Shown in pieces: positions 7,650-17,030 of a stretch of 64,000 nucleotides of DNA; within the stretch, counting starts at the first letter, position 1, and each line of letters starts with the position of its first letter. A program made the position numbers and the translations under genes. Location: contig JAIEMP010000008.1 in NCBI GenBank assembly GCA_019752045.1, positions 72,676 through 136,675 of the forward strand. The letters are read 5' to 3'. Origin of the DNA: Chitinophagaceae bacterium (lineage in GTDB: Bacteria > Bacteroidota > Bacteroidia > Chitinophagales > Chitinophagaceae). The notes below the pieces were generated by a model. It saw only the letters and a program-made list of their open reading frames with translations. It searched no databases and was not told where the DNA came from.

Positions 7650-9395
7650 TTATTTTGAAGTATTGAATGAATAATTAAAACCGGTCCTTAAAAAACTTTC
7701 TAAATAGCCCGGGTTGGTTAAAGGTGTTTTTTGGTTTCCGAAACGAAACAGATTGGCATTCATCATGGTTTGCCAGGTGAATTTTTTGGCCAGCTTCCAG
7801 TCAATGCTGCAGTTGGCCAGAATATTATGATTGGGCGAGAATGCATTGATCTTTTCAAAATTGTACTGCAACTGACCACGCAGTTTTAATTTCTTTTTAG
7901 CTGCAGGAAAACTGATGCCGGTGCTGAGTGTGGCAATGGTTGTTTTCAATGTATTAGGTGTAGGAAATGAAATGGGTGTTTGATTATTAAAAAATAGAAT
8001 ACTGAAATCAGGATTCACCTCTTTTTTCAAAAACACCGGTACCCAGCTAAAGAAAGCGGTATGAGTATTGTTTTTTGTTTTGGTTAAAAGAAAGGCATCA
8101 ATTTCATCATAACGGCTGTAGCTGTAGTTAAAGCTCAATGAATGCATCATGTTGGTATTTGTCCAGCTGTACGAAGGGTTAATGCTGAAATCATTCGCCA
8201 CGTTTTTTATGTTGTAAGGGCTGGTGATTGTTCCTACACTCTGAAATCCAAAATTATTATAGTTCATATTTAAACTGAATGCATCACTGAACTGTGTAAA
8301 CCAGTTAACATTACCAATAAACTGCACACTCCTTGCTGCTGTACCCGATACGTTGTTCACCCTGCGGCCAACACTGGCAATTAAATTCGACTTGTTGTTT
8401 TTCATAAAATTTAAACGGGTGTTGAGCGTCACATCAAAACGGTCGGGTTGCATAAACGGATAACCGGTTGTTTGAAATCCTGCGCCGAGATATTTTGTTC
8501 CAATACCCAGATCGAAGTTTTTACTTTTTTTACCAAGTGTAACCATGCCTGCATAATCTTTAATAGTCGAGGCTCTGGCTGTAATAAACGGTTTAAAACC
8601 TGTTGTGGAAGTATCAACCACTGCACTGTTGAGATCAGAAGTGTAATTCGATTGAGCACCTTCTGTTTTCAAGTACCAGCCTTTAGTAAAAAAAAGATTA
8701 GTGACCAAGCTTAAAGTAAATCCTTCCTGCGGACGGATGGATGTCAACTGAGGGGCAACACTGCTGGTCCTGTCTTTTCCTTTTGCAAAATTAAATGCTA
8801 CCTGGTACTTGCCTTCTTCTTCTTTACCCAACTGAAACATCCAGTGATCTCTTTGGTATGCACCGTTCACTAACGGAGGCCCGGGAGCGAAGTTGATACC
8901 CCGTTGCGATTGTCCTGTAAAAAATTTAATGCGGTACGATTTCGGCTTCAGCTCAAAGCCTGCACCAAAGGCCCCAATATCGCCGGTGCTTAAATCGCTG
9001 TACTTTAAATACTGTGTGCCCAACTGCAACTCTGCCCATTTGTATTTTGGATTGATACCAATCGTATTCATAGGATTGGTGAGGTACTGCATGAAGTTCT
9101 GATTTTTAATTCCTGCATAGGGCCCTGCAAAATTGGTAGGCAATGCAGTAAGGTTTACATTAAACGGTAAACTCCAGTTGCCAAAATTGATTGTAGGCGA
9201 AAAGTTAAACCGCACCTGGTTCCATGGTCTTCGCTGCAGATACAATGGCGGTACTGCATTGTTTGGGTTCACGTTTAACCCATAGCCTTCATACCAAACA
9301 CCCATGGTGCCGCTGATTGACGGTTTGCTTTTTTTATCCTGTGCATGCAATGATGTACAGCATAAAATGAAAACTGCTCCAAGAATTTTTTTCAT
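7650..9395 (-). CDS. Putative outer-membrane beta-barrel protein C
   Basis: Signal peptide ending LHA|Q; long run of amphipathic aromatic beta-strands; C-terminal FLRTGFNYSF strand; no Cys-rich or TM-helix regions. Confidence 0.7.
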   Translation of the reverse strand: MKKILGAVFILCCTSLHAQDKKSKPSISGTMGVWYEGYGLNVNPNNAVPPLYLQRRPWNQVRFNFSPTINFGNWSLPFNVNLTALPTNFAGPYAGIKNQNFMQYLTNPMNTIGINPKYKWAELQLGTQYLKYSDLSTGDIGAFGAGFELKPKSYRIKFFTGQSQRGINFAPGPPLVNGAYQRDHWMFQLGKEEEGKYQVAFNFAKGKDRTSSVAPQLTSIRPQEGFTLSLVTNLFFTKGWYLKTEGAQSNYTSDLNSAVVDTSTTGFKPFITARASTIKDYAGMVTLGKKSKNFDLGIGTKYLGAGFQTTGYPFMQPDRFDVTLNTRLNFMKNNKSNLIASVGRRVNNVSGTAARSVQFIGNVNWFTQFSDAFSLNMNYNNFGFQSVGTITSPYNIKNVANDFSINPSYSWTNTNMMHSLSFNYSYSRYDEIDAFLLTKTKNNTHTAFFSWVPVFLKKEVNPDFSILFFNNQTPISFPTPNTLKTTIATLSTGISFPAAKKKLKLRGQLQYNFEKINAFSPNHNILANCSIDWKLAKKFTWQTMMNANLFRFGNQKTPLTNPGYLESFLRTGFNYSFNTSK

Positions 9396-9410
9396 CAGTT
9401 GTACAGGAGT

Positions 9411-12400
9411 TTATTTTTTCTTGATTACAAATTCAAAACATTTAATCACTTCACATTCCTTGCAGTCTTTATCACGGAAGGTGAACTTCACACAAATTTT
9501 TCCTTTCAGTTCACAACAATCGATACCCGATGGCGGCGGCAGAATAAAATTCATTCCAATGTTTGTGCCGTTGGGAATGGAAATAGTTGTGCCGTTATTC
9601 CAAACCACTTCTCTCGGGTTTTGATATGCACCTGCACCGCTTCCGTTAAATGATGGAATGGTTGCTCCGCCAAACATGGTAATTTTTGGCGGTACCGATC
9701 CAATGTTTGTTGCAGATGAAACACTGGCCCAGGTAAATGGCAGATTCACACACTGCATACACGCTTTACCAAAATTATCGGTGATGGTATAGCTTACTAC
9801 ATTGGCTCTAACTTCCGTAATACTTGCAGTGCTCAGTCCGCTGATGCTGAATGTTTCTGTAAGAACAGTTGCATTGGGTATCTGCACATAATCATATTTC
9901 ACCGGTGTAGTATCTGCTTTTATTTCATAAGGGCAACAATTGGTTTCTACCGGACATTCTGTTTTAAAGCGTATAACACAACTGTCGCAAATTTTATTAC
10001 CACACCATCCATACAGTGTAACCGTGTATATACCTGTTTGATTGGGTGTAAATGTAAAGGGCGCAGTACCTGTTGTTGGTGAACCGGTTGGTGGTTGTAA
10101 TGTGTATGTTACTTTTGGCGGACAATTATTCGGATCAGGACAAATGTAATTTGCATTGATGCTGATTGGCTTTTTACATTTTACATCAATCGGTTTATCA
10201 GTAGGCTTCATACAGTTGAACGACTTTGTTACTTCATCAATCGTGTATGTTTTTTCGCCCCACTTACTTCCTTTGCAATCACATTCTTTATTGCCGCAAT
10301 CCACTTTAAATACAATTTTACAACTGTCGCAAATCTTATCGCCACACCATCCGTACAGCATCAGTGTATACGTTCCGCTTTGAGTGGGCGTAAAACTAAA
10401 CGGAGCGTTACCGGTAATAGGTCCACCGGTTGGTGGTTGTAAAGAGTAAGTCACTTTTGGCGGACACGACGTATCCTTACAAATATAATTTGCATTGATG
10501 TTGTAGGTTTGATTACACTTTAATGTGTATTCTGCTTTGCATTCTAACTTTATACCATTACCAATGGGTACATTTTTCGGGTTGCCTGTTTTTGCAGCAG
10601 GCGCCGGCGCATGTTCACCTTCTTTCAATATAATATCACCCCACTTGCTTTCTTTACAATCGCAGGTATCACATGGTAACACAACAACAGAATAAGTATT
10701 GCTCGTGTCTTTACATCCTGTTACAGGATCTGTTACAACAATGTGATATGTTCCGTTAACTGCCGGCGTATACAGTGGATTGTTTCCGTTTGTACCAACG
10801 GGGTTGCCGTTGAAATACCATTGTATCTGATAATTGGTTGCAAACGCACCGATTAATGGCTTGGGTGCATAAATAGTGAAGTTGCCTAACGAATCACGGC
10901 AGGTACAAGGTATCTTATCGCAGTAATGCGGAAACAGATCAGTGGGCGGTCTTCTGTTGATCTTGATGTTCTTACTGCTGCTGCAACCTGTTACAGGATC
11001 GGTATATGTTGCTGTATAAACTCCTGCTGTATAAACGGTGATACTTGTTGTGGAAGAACCTGTGTTCCATGTAATGTTGTTTGCATAATTGGTAACGGTT
11101 AATGTAATAGGTACACCTTCACACAAAGTAGGACTTGAAGTAATAACAGGAGGCGCAGGAATTGGATTGACCACAATCTGTAAAGAGCAGGTGTCTTTAC
11201 ATCCGTATTCATTTGTGAGAATTAAATTAAATACGGTGGATACTGAAACGCCTGCTGCATAATAACTCTGGCCAGTTCCTAACAAAGTACCATAATTACC
11301 ATTGGCATACCAATCAGATGTATAACCGGTTAAATGATTTGGACTGCTCAGCACCACATTGCCCGGTCCGCACAATTTGCTGGATGGCGCTGCTTTAATA
11401 ATTGCTTTGGGCTTTGTTACAGTTTTTACTTCTACTTTATTACTGATGCATATACAACCATTGCTGCCTGTTACAATTACACGATAGAAGCCCGGCGTGG
11501 TTGTAGTATAGTTGATGGTATTGTTTGTTCCCGGAGCTGCAACAAAATTGCCCGGTGTTGTTTCAACCTGCCATGCATAAGTGGCACCTGCAATAACCGG
11601 TCCTGCTAATGTAGCAGAACCACCCGGACAAATATATCCCGGCTGTATTGTACAACTTGTAATACCGGGTAACACATTAATAGTTGTATTCGCATTGCAG
11701 GTATTACCTAATGCATCCGTTACAGTTAATGTTACAGGTATGCCTGCACCTGCTGTATTATAAATATGTGATGTAGGAATGGTATAAGCTGTAAACCCAT
11801 CACCAAAATTCCATGCCGCTGTTACAATGGTGAACGAAGGTGATCCCACCAAACTGAAAGTTGTTTGAACACCTGTACATACCGGCGACGGATTTACCTG
11901 TATGGCCAGCGGTGCATAGGTAACTGTTTTTGTATCGGTACTTGAACAGGTTAAACCTAATGAAGGATCAGAATAATTAATGGTGAGTGTAATGGTATAG
12001 GTTGTGGGCGATGTATTGGTATAACAATGTGCAGGAGGTGTGGGCGATGTTGTTGTAACAACAGGACTGCCATCACCAAAATTCCAATTATAGGTAGCTG
12101 TTGCTGCATTACTTGTTGGTGCAATCACAGATAGATTTTCTAATACCAGACAACCATTGCAACCAAGCTTGTAATTAAATGCAGCCAATAGAGGAACTCT
12201 TACTGTTCTTGATACACAATTACCTGTACAGTTTGTTGGGTTGGGTGAAGGCGGACCAACACAGAACGTAACACAATAATCACCCGGTTGTGTGCCCGGA
12301 GGATATACATAGGTAATAGGCACACCCGAAGTACCGGGCATGGTAACCCCATTTCCAAAATTCCATGTAATAGCTGCCCCTGTTGGGTTTGGAGTGGTAC

Positions 12401-15005
12401 CTGTAAATGTAAAGGAGTTGCAGCTGTTGCGTACTACACTTGTTATTTGCGGATTATTTACATCAGGACAGCATACTTTCTTCACTGTAAAATTCAAATA
12501 CCTTGTACAACTGCCATAAGTAACAACTACACTATAATTACCATGAGTTGGCGCAGTATAGTTGGGCAAGGTTGCACCTGAAATAGGAGTTCCCGGATAA
12601 AATCCATTATACCATTGATAAGTAAATGTGCCGCTTGTTGGTCTTATCACCTGCACGCCCAATACTTCATTAGTTGCAGTACCGTTACAGGTTCCAACTC
12701 CGCATGTTAATCCACGAATAATAAATGGATCTTCAACAGTATATGTTTTAGTAAATGAGCATCCGCCTTTTGTTGCAGTTACACTATATGTTGCAGGGTA
12801 AGATGGCGGTTCTGTTGTAATAGTAATGGATGATGTGGTTTGTCCTCCCGGGCTCCACAAATAAGTAGAGCCGCTTGGTGCACCTGTTGCTGTTAATGTA
12901 ATACCGCCGGGTAAGCAAACATCTGTTCCTGATTTTGTAATGCCAATGGAAAACTTGGGATACACCATGATGCCTGTAAGTGCTGTTGCATTTCCACAAC
13001 CCGTTGTTGCATTTAATGTAACAGGTCCCCATGGTCCGGCACCGGTAGTGCCATGCCATAAGATGGTAATATTGTTGGTGCCTTGTCCTGTTGTAATTGT
13101 TCCCAAACTTGCATAAGGTGCTGCAATGCTCCATGTAATCATTTCTCCCGGAGGTAAAGTGCCGCCGGTTAAAGTATACATACCGTTTCCATCCACACAG
13201 GTATTCATGGTGCCGCTGATGCTGCCAACAGTTGCCTGTACAACATTCAACGTAACAGCTGCTGATGGACATGCAGGATAACCATTGGCCGCTAATACAA
13301 CAGAGATGGTTCCTGTTAATCCTGTCCATTGAATGCTTGCACTGTTACCATTTACTGTTGTAAGATTGCCCGGTTGAAATGTTCCTGTACCACCGGTGAT
13401 GCTCCACTCATAATGAAAACCGGCAGGAGCAGGACTGCTCATTGTATAATTATAATTTGATCCGACACATGCAGTAGTTGGTCCGTTGATTGTTCCGGGA
13501 GCTGGCGTATTAATAACGGTGACCTTCACCTGCTGCGGATTACCTGCGCCACTGTTGCAATAGGTGTTGGCAGTTTCTGTTACCTGTACAGTATACACAC
13601 CGGCATTTAAAAAAGTGGGATTAAAAGTATTTCCCGGTCCGCCGGTTAATGGTGATACGCCTCCGTTTGGTGGAAGAACAGTCCAGTTATAAGTACCTGC
13701 TGCAGGGAGTGCAGTAAGACTCGCAGCGGTTCCTTTACAAATTGTCTGATCAATGTACAGCTGCCATTTGTCGGATGGTTTGATGGTTAATGATCCACTG
13801 CTGTTACAGCAAATATGTTTATTGTCTAACTGAATACTTAATTGATACGTTCCCGGAGGAGCAAGTGCCCAGTTAATCCACACCGTATTGTTATCAGGAT
13901 AAGTGTTGAGTAAATTGTTATGATTGGTTGCGTTGGTTACATTGGTCAGAGTCCATGTATAAAACGTTCCCGGTAATACAGGTAAGCTGTAAGATGTGGT
14001 TGATGTATTACACGGACTTGTATTACCAACAATAACAGGAGTTGTTGGTATGATGGGCACCGGCACCGATGCAATACAGCCGCCGGGGCATTGCGCCTGC
14101 ACCTGTCCCTGCAGATTTCCATTACCCCAGATAATGGTTACTGTAGTGGGTGTTTGATTAAGAATAGTTCCGCCAACAGGTGGCAGCCAGGTAACACTTG
14201 CACAACCAACTACATTGTATGTTGCAGTATCTCCTGCACAAACGGTACTGACGCATTCAATTTTTAATGTGCCCGGTTTGATGGTAACTGTTTTTGTAAT
14301 TGTATCGGCACAACAGGTTTTTATAGAGGTTTGTTGTTCTCCTGTTGGCCCCTGAGCAGACACAGTTGTGAAACTGTATGCAATTAATGTAACCGTATAC
14401 GTTCCTGCTGCATTGTATGTATGTGTTGGATTGGTAACGGTGCTGAAGTTGTTACTGCCCGATGCAGGATCTCCAAAATTCCATGAGTAGGCAACACCTC
14501 CTCCAAAGGTTGTGGTATTGGTAAATGAAATGGTACTGCCTGCACAAACATTGTTTGGAGTAAATGTAAAATTGGCAACAGGTTTGTCTTTTACATTTAC
14601 CGTTAAGCAACTCGTAAACACATTGCCCGATGGATCTGTAGCAGTAAACGTTAATGTATACGCACCCAATTGCGGCCATACAACTGTTACGGAAGAAGAA
14701 GTAGTATTTGGAATAAACGTTACAGTTGACGGACCGGTTGCAGACCATAAATAACTCCAGCCCGGTAATACAATAGATGAAGTGTACGTGTATGGCTGAT
14801 CTTTACAAACAGCAATGGGTTTGCATCCACGGCCCTGGTTGCCGCCGGGATCTGCTGAATGTTCTTTATCAAAACAATCGGGTGATGTATATAAAATTTC
14901 TACCTGATTGCAGGATTGTGCAGTGAGCCTGTTAGCTGTTGCAGTAAAACAAACAGCAAGCAAAAGCATCAACGCAAATTTGGAAAAGTTGTTTAGTTGT
15001 TTCAT
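9411..15005 (-). CDS. Giant secreted PKD/Ig-repeat Cys-rich protein B (adhesin-like), 1864 aa
   Basis: Signal peptide ending LTA|Q; four W(N)FG(D/N) PKD-type motifs; Thr/Gly/Pro-rich Ig-like repeats; two ~110-aa Cys-rich repeats; Cys-rich C-terminal domain. Confidence 0.85.
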   Translation of the reverse strand: MKQLNNFSKFALMLLLAVCFTATANRLTAQSCNQVEILYTSPDCFDKEHSADPGGNQGRGCKPIAVCKDQPYTYTSSIVLPGWSYLWSATGPSTVTFIPNTTSSSVTVVWPQLGAYTLTFTATDPSGNVFTSCLTVNVKDKPVANFTFTPNNVCAGSTISFTNTTTFGGGVAYSWNFGDPASGSNNFSTVTNPTHTYNAAGTYTVTLIAYSFTTVSAQGPTGEQQTSIKTCCADTITKTVTIKPGTLKIECVSTVCAGDTATYNVVGCASVTWLPPVGGTILNQTPTTVTIIWGNGNLQGQVQAQCPGGCIASVPVPIIPTTPVIVGNTSPCNTSTTSYSLPVLPGTFYTWTLTNVTNATNHNNLLNTYPDNNTVWINWALAPPGTYQLSIQLDNKHICCNSSGSLTIKPSDKWQLYIDQTICKGTAASLTALPAAGTYNWTVLPPNGGVSPLTGGPGNTFNPTFLNAGVYTVQVTETANTYCNSGAGNPQQVKVTVINTPAPGTINGPTTACVGSNYNYTMSSPAPAGFHYEWSITGGTGTFQPGNLTTVNGNSASIQWTGLTGTISVVLAANGYPACPSAAVTLNVVQATVGSISGTMNTCVDGNGMYTLTGGTLPPGEMITWSIAAPYASLGTITTGQGTNNITILWHGTTGAGPWGPVTLNATTGCGNATALTGIMVYPKFSIGITKSGTDVCLPGGITLTATGAPSGSTYLWSPGGQTTSSITITTEPPSYPATYSVTATKGGCSFTKTYTVEDPFIIRGLTCGVGTCNGTATNEVLGVQVIRPTSGTFTYQWYNGFYPGTPISGATLPNYTAPTHGNYSVVVTYGSCTRYLNFTVKKVCCPDVNNPQITSVVRNSCNSFTFTGTTPNPTGAAITWNFGNGVTMPGTSGVPITYVYPPGTQPGDYCVTFCVGPPSPNPTNCTGNCVSRTVRVPLLAAFNYKLGCNGCLVLENLSVIAPTSNAATATYNWNFGDGSPVVTTTSPTPPAHCYTNTSPTTYTITLTINYSDPSLGLTCSSTDTKTVTYAPLAIQVNPSPVCTGVQTTFSLVGSPSFTIVTAAWNFGDGFTAYTIPTSHIYNTAGAGIPVTLTVTDALGNTCNANTTINVLPGITSCTIQPGYICPGGSATLAGPVIAGATYAWQVETTPGNFVAAPGTNNTINYTTTTPGFYRVIVTGSNGCICISNKVEVKTVTKPKAIIKAAPSSKLCGPGNVVLSSPNHLTGYTSDWYANGNYGTLLGTGQSYYAAGVSVSTVFNLILTNEYGCKDTCSLQIVVNPIPAPPVITSSPTLCEGVPITLTVTNYANNITWNTGSSTTSITVYTAGVYTATYTDPVTGCSSSKNIKINRRPPTDLFPHYCDKIPCTCRDSLGNFTIYAPKPLIGAFATNYQIQWYFNGNPVGTNGNNPLYTPAVNGTYHIVVTDPVTGCKDTSNTYSVVVLPCDTCDCKESKWGDIILKEGEHAPAPAAKTGNPKNVPIGNGIKLECKAEYTLKCNQTYNINANYICKDTSCPPKVTYSLQPPTGGPITGNAPFSFTPTQSGTYTLMLYGWCGDKICDSCKIVFKVDCGNKECDCKGSKWGEKTYTIDEVTKSFNCMKPTDKPIDVKCKKPISINANYICPDPNNCPPKVTYTLQPPTGSPTTGTAPFTFTPNQTGIYTVTLYGWCGNKICDSCVIRFKTECPVETNCCPYEIKADTTPVKYDYVQIPNATVLTETFSISGLSTASITEVRANVVSYTITDNFGKACMQCVNLPFTWASVSSATNIGSVPPKITMFGGATIPSFNGSGAGAYQNPREVVWNNGTTISIPNGTNIGMNFILPPPSGIDCCELKGKICVKFTFRDKDCKECEVIKCFEFVIKKK
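9954..10664 (-). repeat. Tandem ~110-120-aa Cys-rich repeats within protein B
   Basis: CDCK.SKWG...INANYIC...CPPKVTY.LQPPTG.P.TG.APF.FTP.Q.G.YT..LYGWCG.KICDSC...FK..C at 10296-10664 and 9954-10283. Confidence 0.9.
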
Positions 15006-15011
15006 TGCTGT

Positions 15012-16595
15012 TTATTTTAAGTCTTTAGGGTTATTATCTGCAGGTAATTTTTCGCAACCTTCTTTTTTCTTTTCATAGCACACTAATTTGCTGCAGCTTG
15101 TGCAATCGGTAAATTCAATCTTGTACCGTATACACCATCGGAACAACGCACTGCAACAGGGAACCAGTTGTGGTGTAGTGATGTTGATGTTGAGAGCTGT
15201 TTGCGGACCGTTCCATTGCAAACTGTTACTGCCATTCGTAAAGTGACCGTACGTTGCTGCATCTTTATTACAGGGTATGCAGAGATTATTTTCAGGAACC
15301 AGTTCAAAATAAACCAGTTCTGCAGTTATGCTTTTGATGGTCTTGGAAGGAGTAGTTGTAACCGTTATATTTTGATTATATGAAAGATTGTTGTTGATAT
15401 AATTAATGGGCGATGGTTTAGGAGTATTCAATACAAAATTCTTTTCATCACAAGCATCGCATCTGCACGCATCAACTTTTACGCAGCTGTCTTTCGATGC
15501 TTTCCAGAATGCATTACCCACATCTTTTATTTCGGCACCAATACAAATGTTGGATAAGTTGGGAGGAGCATTAATGGTTCCTGTTATGGTTAACTGATTA
15601 CCTGCATTGATCACTGTATTAATAGGCGGAGCAAATGTTCCGATACTTGCGCCTGCAGGTGCGCTGGATGTAACAGTAAATAAATTGAGAGTTGCAGGGC
15701 CGGGATTGGGATTGGTAATGGTATAAGAAAAAGCATACACGCCGGGTGTATTGGTGCAGGTTACTTTTATAGAATCGAGCTGAATAATATATTGTGTAAC
15801 AGCAAAAGCAGTTGGTTCACTGGTTCCATTGTTATTACCAATTGGTTTTCCATCACGGTTCAAAGCCTGCACCGTCCACATGAAATCGCATAAGTAAGGA
15901 GGTTTGCAGGGACCGGTATATAAATTACTGATGGTTGTTTGTGTAAGATTGTCTACATCTTTTGTAACCACGGGTTCATTTGCACGCATGGCAGATGCAG
16001 CATTTTGTCCCTGCATCAACTGCCATACTTTTAGACGATAGGTGACCGGTTCTTTTGGTTTGGGAACAATGGGTGTCCACCGAAATGTAACAGGAGCACT
16101 GATCTCTTTTTCCGTAAACTGTTTTTTATCTGCGGGTGCAATATTTTGTGGGGATGAATAATTGCTGACCAATGATTCTACTCTAAACTCTTTGCATACT
16201 TCCCTGCTGATTTCTTTTCGCTCTGCATTAAAGAACTGCACACATAATGTATACGTTCCTTCTTTCAGTTCTCTGCAACCGGCTAAATAAGAAAGCAGTT
16301 CCGATGTGGTGAACGTACGTACATCAAACGGATCTATTTGTTTGGCGGTGGAGTTGTTGTTGCCACAGATGATGGCACCGCCGCTTCTGATCTGTAACAC
16401 CATAAAGGGTTTCAGATCTCTTGCCTGCGGACCTTTTTGTACCGTGAGTACCAAGGCTCCGGGGCTGCTGTTCCAGCTGTCAACAGTTGCAGGCAGTGTA
16501 TTTTTCACTGTAAAGTTGACAATGTTGATCTGGTTGGGCTGGCTGCGGGCAGCAAAACAGGACAGCAGTAGCAGAAAGAAAATAATTTTCTTCAT
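15012..16595 (-). CDS. Secreted protein A: D-like Ig/FN3 module plus Cys-rich C-terminal domain shared with protein B
   Basis: Signal peptide ending ARS|Q; LKEGTYTLC, TFRWTP, FMWTVQ; C-terminal CCSALFRWCIRYKIEFTDCTSCSKLVCYE. Confidence 0.75.
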   Translation of the reverse strand: MKKIIFFLLLLSCFAARSQPNQINIVNFTVKNTLPATVDSWNSSPGALVLTVQKGPQARDLKPFMVLQIRSGGAIICGNNNSTAKQIDPFDVRTFTTSELLSYLAGCRELKEGTYTLCVQFFNAERKEISREVCKEFRVESLVSNYSSPQNIAPADKKQFTEKEISAPVTFRWTPIVPKPKEPVTYRLKVWQLMQGQNAASAMRANEPVVTKDVDNLTQTTISNLYTGPCKPPYLCDFMWTVQALNRDGKPIGNNNGTSEPTAFAVTQYIIQLDSIKVTCTNTPGVYAFSYTITNPNPGPATLNLFTVTSSAPAGASIGTFAPPINTVINAGNQLTITGTINAPPNLSNICIGAEIKDVGNAFWKASKDSCVKVDACRCDACDEKNFVLNTPKPSPINYINNNLSYNQNITVTTTPSKTIKSITAELVYFELVPENNLCIPCNKDAATYGHFTNGSNSLQWNGPQTALNINITTPQLVPCCSALFRWCIRYKIEFTDCTSCSKLVCYEKKKEGCEKLPADNNPKDLK

Positions 16596-16733
16596 TTTGA
16601 TGGTTGCTTTAATGGTTACAGCCTGTTATGCCTCCTGTTCAAAAAGCGGTGGCTTTCAGAAACAGCATTCAGCAAACAGGAAAATGCAAAATGATCTTAC
16701 TGTTATAGTTCATCAGGTGTTGAACATTCGTTA

Positions 16734-16749
16734 CGGCAGTATACTGCCG
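16734..16749. promoter_or_regulatory. Perfect 16-bp palindrome upstream of the four-gene operon
   Basis: CGGCAGTATACTGCCG, about 140 bp upstream of the protein A start codon. Confidence 0.45.
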
Positions 16750-16982
16750 CTTTAACTGTTGTTCTGTATGGTATATACAGGCCAACAGGAAATTGTTACT
16801 GAAAAATTCAATATTATTTTTAAAGGAGAGTAGTGGATAGCAAGGAACAGCAGTTGCTTTGGGCAAGTATTTCCTCATGAAGCCGGGTTAATGGTACTCC
16901 AAAATACAATTTTGTTGCTGGAGTAGCAATATTATCGTGGTATTTTAAAGAATATGGAGTTAGAAATGGTTTAACTAAAAAC

Positions 16983-17009
16983 AAAAAGTTGCCCTTGAGG
17001 CAACTTTTT
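16983..17009 (-). terminator. Rho-independent terminator of hsp20 (bidirectional shape)
   Basis: aaaaagttgcc-cttga-ggcaacttttt. Confidence 0.8.
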
Positions 17010-17030
17010 AAAAACCAATGCATAGTTGTA

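Noticed and set aside
9411-9938. T9SS C-terminal sorting domain on protein B
   Set aside because: No YPNP/type-A or PNAFTPNGDG/type-B pattern; the terminus is the Cys-rich domain instead (HMM confirmation still needed)
16306-17023. Small ORFs 16306-16755, 16669-16878 and 16820-17023
   Set aside because: They overlap protein A antisense or lie in the leader/terminator region, with no recognisable motifs
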